Below are positions 1 to 9,888 of a DNA stretch of 64,000 nt, in pieces (position 1 is the stretch's first letter; each line of letters starts with the position of its first letter). A program made the position numbers and the translations under genes. The notes below the pieces were generated by a model. It worked only from the letters and a program-made list of their open reading frames with translations. It ran no database searches and had not been told where the DNA came from. The stretch covers positions 16,306 to 80,305 of IMG/VR virus record IMGVR_UViG_3300025030_000076. The stretch is one strand, 5' to 3'. Source of the DNA: a virus.

Positions 1-662
1 TACTTCCGCACGCCTGCCTGCGTAGGCAGGTCAACCAATTCGAAGCCGTGATGGTATCCCAAATTGAGATAATCCCGCAACGTGAAATGATTTAGGTGCT
101 TGGTATTGAAGTCCAATATCGGCATCTTCCACTTTTGAAGCAGGCCCGTCGCGTCTGGTCCGTCCATGATGAGCAAGCCATCAGGCGCGAGCGCATCGTC
201 TATCCGTTCCATCGTCTTAGGCAAATCGTAGACATGCTCGATGACGTGGGAGGCATAGATAAGGTCACATTGCTGGGGCAGGGGATCGCCTGCACCCACG
301 CAGACGGCGTTCGTATATCCCCTGTCCTGCAACATGCCAACGATGATACTTTTGCCATCATCGCCCGCTCCGCCGAAGTCCACGATGACGGCCTCCCGGT
401 TGCGTTCCAGTTCCGCTATCCGTACCGCGTCCATTTTCAGGCGCTCGATATTGGAGGGGTTGTTGACGCCGTAGCCGTAGTATTTGGTGTAGTATTCGTT
501 GAGCATCGCTTGATCAAAATTACCATCTCCGTAAAACATCGAACAGGCGTCACAGGTGTACCAGATAATCTCAGACGGCAGAGGCCAAGAGTCGGGGATG
601 CGGTAGGGCATACGAAATACTTCGGTGCGGGAGAGATGTTCACAGACGGGGCAAGGCCTCAT
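1..662 (-). CDS. Methyltransferase-like protein with N-terminal CxxC (partial, runs off the window)
   Basis: Starts MRPCPVCEH, overlapping the radical SAM stop; homolog of 53088-54104. Confidence 0.75.
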   Translation of the reverse strand, partial: MRPCPVCEHLSRTEVFRMPYRIPDSWPLPSEIIWYTCDACSMFYGDGNFDQAMLNEYYTKYYGYGVNNPSNIERLKMDAVRIAELERNREAVIVDFGGAGDDGKSIIVGMLQDRGYTNAVCVGAGDPLPQQCDLIYASHVIEHVYDLPKTMERIDDALAPDGLLIMDGPDATGLLQKWKMPILDFNTKHLNHFTLRDYLNLGYHHGFELVDLPTQAGVRK

Positions 663-1675
663 ACAACACGCAACCTTTCTGCAAATTCTTCGCGGTATTC
701 GTCAATATTGTCAACGGCTGGCAAAGCTAAAACATAATCACACGTACCACATGCGCGGTTCTCGCTTCGTTTACCCTCAAGGTGCATCAGGCGAAAATCC
801 CGTAAACGTTTCCCGTTCCAAATGTCAATAAGGGATTCTGTGTTTACGTTTCCAAGCTGGTGATAATGGGCAAAGTCATCATTACACACGGATATATCGC
901 CATTGCTGTTTACCGTGAGCATGTACATCGTCAACGGGCAGGCAATCTTGTGCGTTCGCGGCGAGCCATCGAAGCTGTTATCCGTACCCAGCCGCCAGTC
1001 TTTCAAATCAGACGTAGACCAGCCGTGTAAACCTTCTATTGCGATGAAGTCGCAGCGATCACTAAAGTCGTCTATGAATTTCTGCTTGTCGGCGTCGCTA
1101 AATCCAACATCAGCTATCTTCGTGCTAATCTGTACGCCGGTATCCCGGCTCCGCTGGTACAGATCAAGCACGTTGGCACGATACTCCTCATAATCGATCC
1201 GCACGCGGGCGATGTCGTAGAAGCCTTGCGCGTGGACGTGTTGGACTGATACGCCAATCATGTCCAGGCCGCAGGTAACGAGGCGGGCGTTGTAGGAGGG
1301 GGAGAGTTTTGATCCATTAGTTTTCAACCAGATGCGTTCAACTGTATCAGCGTCGCGAAGGTATCGCACCATCTCACAGAAACGGGGATGAAGCAAACTC
1401 TCACCATCTTTGTAAACATTGCACTGCCGGATGCGATTAGGGAACGCCCGCAGATCATCCACGACTTTGACCCATAAACCCCAATCCATCAGCGTGTTCT
1501 TTCTGCCTATCTTGCGGAGTAGGTCAGTGTCACCCGTAGGACAATATCGGCAGCGATATTGGCATAAATTTGTCGGCTCCAAAAAGAGCGTCCAGGGTGT
1601 TGATAATGGCACAACGTCTATAAGACGGTCAGTTCTTTTCCCACGCAAATCCTTAGCCTGGATTATCTTAGCCAT
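659..1675 (-). CDS. Radical SAM protein with SPASM/twitch domain
   Basis: CQYRCRYC (CxxxCxxC) and C-terminal CP...C...CGTC. Start MAKIIQ inferred from copy B. Confidence 0.9.
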   Translation of the reverse strand: MAKIIQAKDLRGKRTDRLIDVVPLSTPWTLFLEPTNLCQYRCRYCPTGDTDLLRKIGRKNTLMDWGLWVKVVDDLRAFPNRIRQCNVYKDGESLLHPRFCEMVRYLRDADTVERIWLKTNGSKLSPSYNARLVTCGLDMIGVSVQHVHAQGFYDIARVRIDYEEYRANVLDLYQRSRDTGVQISTKIADVGFSDADKQKFIDDFSDRCDFIAIEGLHGWSTSDLKDWRLGTDNSFDGSPRTHKIACPLTMYMLTVNSNGDISVCNDDFAHYHQLGNVNTESLIDIWNGKRLRDFRLMHLEGKRSENRACGTCDYVLALPAVDNIDEYREEFAERLRVV

Positions 1676-1916
1676 CACTCCCGCTTTCTTCATAGGTGGC
1701 AATGTTGCCATTGATGTTATAACGAGCCTGTAGAACATCACCCCTCTTCAATATTGGCCCCCAATCATCCCACCCAATAATGGGGAGTACGTCGCTCTCG
1801 TCTATCAATAAATTTATGTCTTGTGCGAAAGGCACTATCACATAGGCAACGCCTTCTGAAACATCCACCTTTGCGCCGTCAGCGGGGCCGCCAATAAGTG
1901 AAACCGTTTTAGCCAT
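1668..1916 (-). CDS. Hypothetical protein (copy A only)
   Basis: ORF overlapping both neighbours; LIGGPADG motif; absent from copy B. Confidence 0.6.
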   Translation of the reverse strand: MAKTVSLIGGPADGAKVDVSEGVAYVIVPFAQDINLLIDESDVLPIIGWDDWGPILKRGDVLQARYNINGNIATYEESGSDG

Positions 1917-2598
1917 TCTTCGCCAGCCATCCCCCATCAATCACGATGGTTTGACCGTACACAAACTCACTTTGAATTAAGTACATCAGCGCCCCAGCGA
2001 TCTCCTCCGGCCTTCCGAATCTGCCCGCGGGCGTTATGCTTTCCAGCAGTTCCCGCCTCTGCAAATCAATGTACTCCGCCGTCATCTGCGTATCCATGAG
2101 ACCGGGCGCGATTGCATTAACTCTTATCAGCGGTGCAAGCTCTATTGCCATCGCCCGCGTGAGGCCGAGCAGACCATGTTTCGCGGCGACATAGCCGGAT
2201 ATGTTGCGCGCTCCCTGGAAGGCGGACGTGGACAGGATATTGATGATGTGTCCGCCGCCGTGGGTAAGCATGTGCCGGGCGGCCTGCTGGGATAGGTCAA
2301 ATGGGGCGGTGAGAATCAGATCGAGTTGATATTGCCACTCAGACAGCCAGTAAGCCGTCACAGGTGCATGATGTTGATAGCCCGCGTTATTGACGAGAAT
2401 ATCCAGCCCGCCTAGTTCTCTCTCGACCTTATCAACGATGTGTTCCCGATCTTGTTCATTCGATAAGTCCGCTTTGATGAACATGTCACAATCCGCCCTT
2501 GTCCTTGCCACAACCGCGACGGTATGCCCCGCGTCCTTCAGCGCACAGACACACGCCGCGCCGATGCCGCGTGAGCCGCCGGTGACAAGGGCAATCAC
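1909..2598 (-). CDS. Short-chain dehydrogenase/reductase (SDR)
   Basis: TGGSRGIG, NNAG, YVAAK, DGG motifs. Confidence 0.95.
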   Translation of the reverse strand: MIALVTGGSRGIGAACVCALKDAGHTVAVVARTRADCDMFIKADLSNEQDREHIVDKVERELGGLDILVNNAGYQHHAPVTAYWLSEWQYQLDLILTAPFDLSQQAARHMLTHGGGHIINILSTSAFQGARNISGYVAAKHGLLGLTRAMAIELAPLIRVNAIAPGLMDTQMTAEYIDLQRRELLESITPAGRFGRPEEIAGALMYLIQSEFVYGQTIVIDGGWLAKNG

Positions 2599-2855
2599 TC
2601 GTCCGTGCTTTCTAGCAGTTCCAGCCGCTCGGCGGGTAGTTCGATGTCATAGAAACTTGGAACATATACGCTTACTATTCCTTTACGCCCCGTTCTGAGT
2701 GTTCCACATCTTGAACACCAGTAAACAGAAGCAAAGATTTTATCCATAGTGTTTCCACAGTGACGACATTTGAAAACCAGGTTCATATTCAGGTCAATAT
2801 CATTTCGGGCTATATCATTTCGGGCTATCATCTTTTTCCTTTCTACTCGATTCAA
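2595..2855 (-). CDS. Hypothetical CxxC protein
   Basis: CRHC...CSRC; C-terminus IELPAERLELLESTDE shared with 55990-56178. Confidence 0.6.
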   Translation of the reverse strand: MNRVERKKMIARNDIARNDIDLNMNLVFKCRHCGNTMDKIFASVYWCSRCGTLRTGRKGIVSVYVPSFYDIELPAERLELLESTDE

Positions 2856-2886
2856 TTATAGTCCGCATGTTCGAATTTTAAAAGTC

Positions 2887-3582
2887 TCAAATCGTAAACT
2901 CGTTTCCATCTTTGTCTGTTATCGAGCAATCGCAGTTATATCCGTTGCAATCCATACCTGCCCCCGGCTTGCGTGGGATGTAATTATTGTCAATGAGCCA
3001 GCTTATTCGATGCCTCTTACCGTCCAGGCTGATGCACGTGGCGCAATGCTTCTCGGTTGCGCCCAAATGCCATGTTACCAACTGGTTTCTTGACCCGCGC
3101 AACACCGCCTCATTATAGAAACCATCAAGACCACTTGCCCATCCATTCGCTCTCCCCAGCGCCTCCGCTGTGGCGTTTACGCCTGCCTGTGCAGACAGGT
3201 CGCCTTTCCGTAGCTCCCGCAGATTCTCAAAGAGTTGATCCACGAAACTAAGCTGCGCGTCCAGTTCCGCCCGCGCCCAAGCAGCCGTCTCCGCGTCAAG
3301 CGGCAATTCCGCACCAGCGTCTGTATAGCCCACGTCCGCCGTCTCGACATATGCCTTCGAGATAGCCGCAGCCATCAACGCCTTGTATATCGTGATGTAG
3401 CCTGAGCCGGTTAGATAATCGTATATCGCATCGTGGATCTCGCCGCTCATCTCGGCGCGGATAGAGGTGTAATCGCCGGATGCTTTCAGCGCCGCGAGTG
3501 TGGCTACGGAGAGGTGCGGGAGGACTTCCGGCACTAGCCGCACAGCCGCACGCAGGGAGGCGAGTAGGATGGTTTTATTCAT
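2887..3582 (-). CDS. MuF/gp7-like minor head protein
   Basis: C-terminal HCATC...CNGYNCDC metal motif; lies downstream of the portal. Confidence 0.6.
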   Translation of the reverse strand: MNKTILLASLRAAVRLVPEVLPHLSVATLAALKASGDYTSIRAEMSGEIHDAIYDYLTGSGYITIYKALMAAAISKAYVETADVGYTDAGAELPLDAETAAWARAELDAQLSFVDQLFENLRELRKGDLSAQAGVNATAEALGRANGWASGLDGFYNEAVLRGSRNQLVTWHLGATEKHCATCISLDGKRHRISWLIDNNYIPRKPGAGMDCNGYNCDCSITDKDGNEFTI

Positions 3583-3760
3583 CCATCACCTCAAGGACGT
3601 ACCAGGCGAGTAATTCGTCCTCATCGTCTATCTCCGGCGGACGGCGGCGCACAGGCGCGTGCATGAGAAGCCAGCCAGCATTATCCGCCGCTGCTTCCGC
3701 CCCGTTGTAGGGGATTGCCGCGTCGTAGTTGATAGCGTCATCGTAGTCGGTGATCGCCAT
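3575..3760 (-). CDS. Hypothetical protein
   Basis: Conserved in copy B (56922-57107). Confidence 0.7.
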   Translation of the reverse strand: MAITDYDDAINYDAAIPYNGAEAAADNAGWLLMHAPVRRRPPEIDDEDELLAWYVLEVMDE

Positions 3761-3966
3761 TATCCCTCAGGCTTCGGCAGCGGCACGACGCCGGAGGCGA
3801 TGACCAGCCGGTAGTCGCCTGTATCCTGGCTCTGCTTCCAGCGCGGCTCAAATGCGATGTTGAAGCCGGTACGCTGACAGAGTTCGCGATATTCTTTCGC
3901 GAACTCCTCAGCCGTGTACTTGTGCGGCGTCACCGCCGGGGCGGGGGTGGTGTTTCCTTTTGCCAT
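3760..3966 (-). CDS. Hypothetical protein
   Basis: Conserved in copy B (57107-57307). Confidence 0.7.
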   Translation of the reverse strand: MAKGNTTPAPAVTPHKYTAEEFAKEYRELCQRTGFNIAFEPRWKQSQDTGDYRLVIASGVVPLPKPEG

Positions 3967-3977
3967 TATCTACCTTT

Positions 3978-4286
3978 CTACAAACTAAAACTGGAGCGCA
4001 TCCGGTCAATGTTTGCGCGTGTATTTGCGTCTGCTGCGATTGCGCTGCCATTCATCAGATTGTTGTATTTCGCGGCGGTCGTGAAAAATGCGAGTGCCTC
4101 CGCCACTGTGAACCCTGCTTCTGCGGGAATGTCAGCAGAAACAATTGGGTCTGCTCCACCTGCGTTCCAGCCCTGATTGACCAGGACCGACCCCGCATCT
4201 TTGATTGCCGCGTCAAGGATCGCCATCATGTTCGCGATGTTCTGTGCCCGCTGAAGAAACGTATATTTTTGTGCTGAATCTGCCAT
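3978..4286 (-). CDS. Hypothetical protein, possible fibre partner/chaperone
   Basis: AGGAG RBS; replaced by an unrelated gene in copy B together with the fibre C-terminus. Confidence 0.6.
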   Translation of the reverse strand: MADSAQKYTFLQRAQNIANMMAILDAAIKDAGSVLVNQGWNAGGADPIVSADIPAEAGFTVAEALAFFTTAAKYNNLMNGSAIAADANTRANIDRMRSSFSL

Positions 4287-4297
4287 GTCAAAACTCC

Positions 4298-5947
4298 TTA
4301 TGCAAATAGATTTACGCCCGTTGCAGAACCGAGTCTTGCTTCCAATTCCGCTACTCGTGTTTGCAAGTTGGCGATAACTGATAGAACCGTGTTGCCCTCA
4401 TCCTGGGTAACGAACCCATAAGGCGCAACATTGGTCAAGTTCTGGATTGCGTAATCCGGCGTCGGGGCTGTGAACGTGATGGTCGTCAGTTGTGTAGTGA
4501 GTGCCGCACCGCGCACAACCGTGGTCCCGCCGTAAAATGCCAGCCGCGCCGCCGTCCCGCTGGCTTCTATCTCCATCCCCAAGCGCGCCGCCGTGTCGTA
4601 GGCTGAGAGAGACAGTTTGGCTTTGCGTGTGGCGTTGGTTGCATCAATCCATGAGGTTGAGATAATTCCTTGAGGCTGGGAAGTGTTGTTGGTGGCTGTC
4701 TCTGCATACCATGACAGCCCAACACCAAACCCTGCCGAACCACCTGTTGATGCCGTTGAAACAATTGCCTGTATTCGTTCAACTTCTAGTACCGCGTTTG
4801 TCGTTGTGGTCGAATCGATAATATGCAATTTTGCAGAAGCAGAAGTACTACCAATCCCAACGCTCCCGGCAATTATCATACCGCTTGCTGGAGCAGCAGC
4901 AGATCGATAAGATGCATCCGAACCTATGGATACCCCTCCACCAATATATAACTGCGAACCTGGCTGAGTTGCAGAAATGCTTGAGTCGCCAATAACAACT
5001 TTTGAGCCGCCAGTTTTGCCAAGATTCAAAGCTCCATACGCTAAGTTGTCGCCCCTCACAACGTCCCATAATGGCGCTCCAGTTGAGATTACTAATCTGT
5101 TAAAATATCCAGTGGACAATCCCAAATAATCAACATCTCCAAACCATAACTGCTTATTAGCTAGGGCGTTATATCCCAATGCCACAACACAACCAGTCCC
5201 GGTGTCCACACCCCCAATAGACATACCTGTGAAAATAAATCCGTCCGTCGTTGCTTTTTGTGTGAGCGTAAGACTGGTTGTTGGTACGCCATTGATACCA
5301 ACTCTTGCGTTTGTAGTGTCCACAATAAAGACATTATCTTTTACCCCATCCTGCTCCGCTAGCAAGGCCAAAGTAGAATTAACATTTATTTTTTGAATGG
5401 CGGTAAACACATTCGCCGTCGCCAGCAGCGCCGCCGTCCCTGTCGCCGGAACAGTCAGCGTGAAGCCTCCCAGCGCAACCGTTCCCCCGCCTGTGATGGT
5501 TGTATTCGATGCGTTGGTTATCGTGCCTGTGTTCGCGACACCAGTCCCGCCGTTGGCTGCCGAGAGGGGCAGGGTAAGCGCGGCCTGTCCGCCAATCGTA
5601 GCCAGAACCGCCGTCCCGTTTGCATCGTCCAAGATCGTGCGTGCGAAGGCAGACAGCCCCGTTTCTGCCCACGTATCCAGCGCCGTTGTATAAAGCATCT
5701 TGTCGGCGGCTGTGCCGAGCAGGGCGATGCTGGTCAGGGTTGCGTCAAGCGGCTGTCTGTTGGCGACCTTGTAATCCAACGACGCCGTGACCGCCGAGCT
5801 ATCTACCCCGACCTTCGCTTCAAGCGCCTCCACCGCGTCGTTGATGCTGGCGTGCTGGGTCGAGTGTAGGACGGCGGGCGTAGAGAGATTGTCCGCCGGG
5901 GTCGGGTTGGTAAAGTCATCGAGTGTTGTTGGGAATGTGGTCGGCAT
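4298..5947 (-). CDS. Fibre-like virion structural protein
   Basis: Thr/Ala/Gly-rich; VGIG repeats; C-terminal coiled coil; N-terminus shared with 57629-59422. Confidence 0.65.
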   Translation of the reverse strand: MPTTFPTTLDDFTNPTPADNLSTPAVLHSTQHASINDAVEALEAKVGVDSSAVTASLDYKVANRQPLDATLTSIALLGTAADKMLYTTALDTWAETGLSAFARTILDDANGTAVLATIGGQAALTLPLSAANGGTGVANTGTITNASNTTITGGGTVALGGFTLTVPATGTAALLATANVFTAIQKINVNSTLALLAEQDGVKDNVFIVDTTNARVGINGVPTTSLTLTQKATTDGFIFTGMSIGGVDTGTGCVVALGYNALANKQLWFGDVDYLGLSTGYFNRLVISTGAPLWDVVRGDNLAYGALNLGKTGGSKVVIGDSSISATQPGSQLYIGGGVSIGSDASYRSAAAPASGMIIAGSVGIGSTSASAKLHIIDSTTTTNAVLEVERIQAIVSTASTGGSAGFGVGLSWYAETATNNTSQPQGIISTSWIDATNATRKAKLSLSAYDTAARLGMEIEASGTAARLAFYGGTTVVRGAALTTQLTTITFTAPTPDYAIQNLTNVAPYGFVTQDEGNTVLSVIANLQTRVAELEARLGSATGVNLFA

Positions 5948-7924
5948 TTACTTACTCTCTATCTCTGTGATCTTGCCGTCCGCACCGCGCTTGATGGTCG
6001 CCTTTCGCGGCTTCCGCTCCTCTTTCTGGATAACAACATCGGACGGCTGGACCGTGATATTATTCTCTACCGGAGTTGGCTGGACCGTGTTAGTCACACT
6101 TACTGCCACCTCCGACGGATGGATGACGGGCGCAAATGCTACCTCCGACGGATGGATGATTGGCGCGAATGTCACGTTCGGCGGGGGTAGGGGATTCGCA
6201 ACCGCCTGCTTCATTGCCGCCAGATTTTCCGTCATTGCCTTGACCGCTGCAATCGTTTCTTTGCTGGTCATATCCACGTTAGCAGGATTTGTAATGTTGA
6301 TAATCATTTCATCTCTCCCATGTGCGACTGTCGGCTCCACATTCGCGGCGACAATCGCCCGCTCGATGGTCAGCGCCAGCGCCTTGATCGCTTCGGTATT
6401 ATCGGGTACAGGCTGATACACCGGCGCGGGCGTGGTCGTCTCGCCGATTACAAATGCCGCCGCAATATCTCCCTCATTCTTTGCGTCCGCCAGTCTGAGG
6501 CGGATCGGAGCGGCAATGGTCTCGCGCAAGTGTTTGCACTCCCAATCCACCGCCGTGCCTTTGCCTTTCGCGTGCCACTGCCGCGCCCGGTCGTACCATA
6601 ACGCCAAATCCTTGATTTCATCGGCGGTAAGGTCAAAAGACTTCTTCGGCTCCTGCTCCTCTTCCGACTCCGCCACGACCGGCTCGCCTTGCTCCGCGAC
6701 CGGCGGCTTCGTCTGCTCCGCCACGTTTTGCCGCGCTTCCTCTTTCGCCGAGATAAGTTTCTCCAATTGCTCCTGTTGTGCCTTGTCAAGATCGTAGCCG
6801 AGTATTGACATCCCCAACTGCGCCACCTCCGGGTTATCTGCAATGGAAGATACAAGAGAGCCGAGCGACTCTGCCCGTTTACTTTCATCCTCCTGGAATA
6901 TCTCAAGCGCCTCCAGGTTGAAGCGCATCTTGTAGCCGTAGGGCTTGAATAACTGGTCGGTGAATGTTTCCTCAATTGTCTGCTTGATGCCGACAAAGCG
7001 GGAGGCGGTGTACCACTGTTTACGCAGCGCGTCGAATTCGCTGGCGAAGGCGTTGTCGGACATGAACAGGGCGGTCGGGATGCCGAAACTATCCGAGACA
7101 GATTCCTTTGCGTCCCGGCGCAGTTCGATATATGATTGCTTGAGTTCATCCATCCCAGCGCCGACGCGGATAAGAGATAGCGCATCCGCGTTGACGATCT
7201 TTGCCAGCACGTTGAAGCCACCGCGCAACAAGCGGTCGAAGAAGCCCTCCGCCTTTTCCCGCTCCCCCTGGTTCACCATCCCTTTCGCGCCGAGCAGGGT
7301 TATCGGAACGAAACCACGCTCGCCATACATCCGCATGGTGTTTTTCATGTTCCAGATGACCTGCGCGTCCAACGTTGCATTGCCGAGCGGGTGATTTTCG
7401 GCGGGACCAATCTCCACATCGCTATCTGGCAGCCAGAAATAAATGATCTTGTTCGGATATACCTTCTCCGCCTTGCCCCGTTGCGCCGTACGCTCGAACC
7501 ACTGCAAGCCGTTTATGTCGATATAGGGCTGGATCGTTCCCGGCGCACAGTATTGCAAGTTAACGATCATTTTGGTGGTGCGCCATGGAATGAGATACGC
7601 CGCGCCGCCGCATAGTGATGAGGCGATCAGGTAGATGATCTTCTGCGGGTTCGGCAGCCCGCCCAGGTTGTTTTTCCAGTTCGCCGACGTATCGAAAATA
7701 TCGTCGTTCTTATCGAGTATGTCGAACGGCAGGGACGAGATCGCCACGGCGGTCATATCTACCGCGTGTGCCAGGTCAGGGACAAACTTTTTTAGCGACG
7801 TGACGTTACCCGTCTGCCCAGTCCTGGACGCCTCAAGGAACCCCTCAATGCCTCCCCAGGGAGAAAAATCAAATCCAGATTTATAGGGGTTTGGACTTGC
7901 AAAAATGAATGGTGAATTCGTCAT
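5948..7924 (-). CDS. Portal protein with long C-terminal extension
   Basis: Directly after terL; SDSFGIPTALF portal-like motif; Pro/Val repeats at the C-terminus. Confidence 0.8.
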   Translation of the reverse strand: MTNSPFIFASPNPYKSGFDFSPWGGIEGFLEASRTGQTGNVTSLKKFVPDLAHAVDMTAVAISSLPFDILDKNDDIFDTSANWKNNLGGLPNPQKIIYLIASSLCGGAAYLIPWRTTKMIVNLQYCAPGTIQPYIDINGLQWFERTAQRGKAEKVYPNKIIYFWLPDSDVEIGPAENHPLGNATLDAQVIWNMKNTMRMYGERGFVPITLLGAKGMVNQGEREKAEGFFDRLLRGGFNVLAKIVNADALSLIRVGAGMDELKQSYIELRRDAKESVSDSFGIPTALFMSDNAFASEFDALRKQWYTASRFVGIKQTIEETFTDQLFKPYGYKMRFNLEALEIFQEDESKRAESLGSLVSSIADNPEVAQLGMSILGYDLDKAQQEQLEKLISAKEEARQNVAEQTKPPVAEQGEPVVAESEEEQEPKKSFDLTADEIKDLALWYDRARQWHAKGKGTAVDWECKHLRETIAAPIRLRLADAKNEGDIAAAFVIGETTTPAPVYQPVPDNTEAIKALALTIERAIVAANVEPTVAHGRDEMIINITNPANVDMTSKETIAAVKAMTENLAAMKQAVANPLPPPNVTFAPIIHPSEVAFAPVIHPSEVAVSVTNTVQPTPVENNITVQPSDVVIQKEERKPRKATIKRGADGKITEIESK

Positions 7925-7933
7925 TTGTCCTCT

Positions 7934-9178
7934 TTAGCTAACCAGCCATGTATCGATCATGTCGCCCTCGTGCGCGTACCTGCCAGCGGCTATCAGATGG
8001 TCGTTCTTCTCGACCGGCTTACGTATTGCGTTGCCGTTAGCATCTTCCTGCCAGTGAAAAGTAGAAATCTCGTTCTTTGCGTTGACGCATTTCGCATCAA
8101 TGATGATCTCTTGCTGTTGCAGCCATTGGATACCGAATAATACGCTATCCTTGCCCTTGACCGCCGCAAGCGCCGAAACGCCATACTGCTGTAATTCGGC
8201 GATGGATTTCGGCTCGGCGCTATCACAGACTACGTAATCCGAGCCGATCCTGTTCTTTACTTCCACGGCCAGCAGGTCATTTGTAAGCCCGCGCTCGTAC
8301 AACTCATCGAAGATATAAATGCGTTTGTGCTTCGCGTCATAGTGAGACACCCACAGGGCGGCGGGGTCTGCTGAGAAGCCGAAATCCAGGCCGTTGCGGT
8401 GGTTGGTGAATTGCGCCTGCATCCCGGACAAATCCTCTACCCGCCAGTTGGTGAAGATGACATAGCCGAGAATGCCCCAGTTGCCTTCTGAATATACGTC
8501 AAAATAATACTTATCCTTCTCGTTTTCCAAGCCCCTAACATCTTCCCTGGTAAGAAACCTATTGTCTCGGTATGTAGTTTTTAGAATGTATAAATCGGGC
8601 GACTTATATTCTTTCTGGTCGTCAGTCCACCCAATCATTGAGAAGTAATCCGCATAGATAAAATGTGATTGTAGAATTGGATTAAATGACAGCATCAGCC
8701 TCTTAGGTGTTTTCTCGCTCCCCCCGCGCTGACGCTTCAAAAGTTGTTTGATGATTGACGAACGTTCTATTTCTGTTGCCTCTTCAATGCGAACATCAGT
8801 GAATACACCTTTAGCCGGGGTCAGGCTTTTTAGCTTCTCAACATCATCTAAACCTGCAAATATTATCTGGTATCCGTTTACACAAGTCACTGTCCCGTCT
8901 GTTTTATTTATAGAGAACAAATCAGACAAACCCCAATCCCTAATAACTTTTGTTATCTCTTGCACAACTGAGCCGCGAAGCGTACGCGCCACCTGCCTGC
9001 AAACAAGGAAATTACGTCCGCCCTTCATAATGTCCCTGATGTCACGTTGCGCCAAAAAAACAGACTTTCCAGACGACGCACCGCCATAGTAAATTTGTAT
9101 TCGCGCCATTTCGTTTAAACACGGAATATAGGCATCATTAAACACGGCGGGGTCTATATCTACATTAATCATTGTCAT
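7934..9178 (-). CDS. terL: Terminase large subunit (PBSX/SPP1-like)
   Basis: GGASSGKS Walker A, IEEATE Walker B, SFNP, GLDFGF nuclease motif, DSAEPKSI. Confidence 0.95.
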   Translation of the reverse strand: MTMINVDIDPAVFNDAYIPCLNEMARIQIYYGGASSGKSVFLAQRDIRDIMKGGRNFLVCRQVARTLRGSVVQEITKVIRDWGLSDLFSINKTDGTVTCVNGYQIIFAGLDDVEKLKSLTPAKGVFTDVRIEEATEIERSSIIKQLLKRQRGGSEKTPKRLMLSFNPILQSHFIYADYFSMIGWTDDQKEYKSPDLYILKTTYRDNRFLTREDVRGLENEKDKYYFDVYSEGNWGILGYVIFTNWRVEDLSGMQAQFTNHRNGLDFGFSADPAALWVSHYDAKHKRIYIFDELYERGLTNDLLAVEVKNRIGSDYVVCDSAEPKSIAELQQYGVSALAAVKGKDSVLFGIQWLQQQEIIIDAKCVNAKNEISTFHWQEDANGNAIRKPVEKNDHLIAAGRYAHEGDMIDTWLVS

Positions 9179-9179
9179 T

Positions 9180-9800
9180 CTATTTCTTTTTCCACGTCCA
9201 ATGTTTACCTAATGTATTTGTATTGCCTTTCATTGCATTAGCTATGCCTTGTTTATTCTTGTCTGAAAGCGGCTTGCCTTTTAGTGCGGCTGAAATCTTT
9301 TGTTTCGCCTTCGCTGTGTGCGCTCCTTTAGAAACACCAGTATGAGATACAGAGATTTTCCGCTTAGTTTCTTCGGATGGTCGCCATCCATTTGCCTTGT
9401 GAGACATGGACATTTTCTGCCGAGTTTCAATTGTGTGCCTCTCACCAAGGTTGGCAATAGCAAGTTTCAGCCTAGTCGCCAATGAGCGCGGCGTTCCAGC
9501 CTTGCTGCCAGCCGTCACACAGACGTTGTATTCAGGATTACAGGAATCTAGATAATCCTGTTCGTAAATCAAAAGGTCGGTGCGTAAACAGGCAACAAGT
9601 ATTACAAAATCGAAGTTTTTAGCCCCGTATTTATTCCAAGCGCGTTGCAGATGTATGCTGTGATGTTTCCCCGCGTTAAGTAATGAGATGTGTTTTTTCC
9701 ATCGGCTTTCAATATTCCACGACGAGCCTACGTATCTTTTGCCGTCTGCTTTGTTTACAATGGCATAAACCCCACTTGTCTTGTGTGTTAAAATGTTCAT
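9180..9800 (-). CDS. GIY-YIG homing endonuclease with NUMOD3-like repeats
   Basis: SGVYAIVN...YVGSS; HTIETRQKMS and SEETKRKIS repeats; GGAG RBS before MNILT. Confidence 0.9.
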   Translation of the reverse strand: MNILTHKTSGVYAIVNKADGKRYVGSSWNIESRWKKHISLLNAGKHHSIHLQRAWNKYGAKNFDFVILVACLRTDLLIYEQDYLDSCNPEYNVCVTAGSKAGTPRSLATRLKLAIANLGERHTIETRQKMSMSHKANGWRPSEETKRKISVSHTGVSKGAHTAKAKQKISAALKGKPLSDKNKQGIANAMKGNTNTLGKHWTWKKK

Positions 9801-9888
9801 ATCAGCACTCCTATGCTGGTCACGCCCTCGGATGTCCAACCATCGCGGGGGCATTTCCTGAATATTTGTTCTATTATAGCACGTGACG

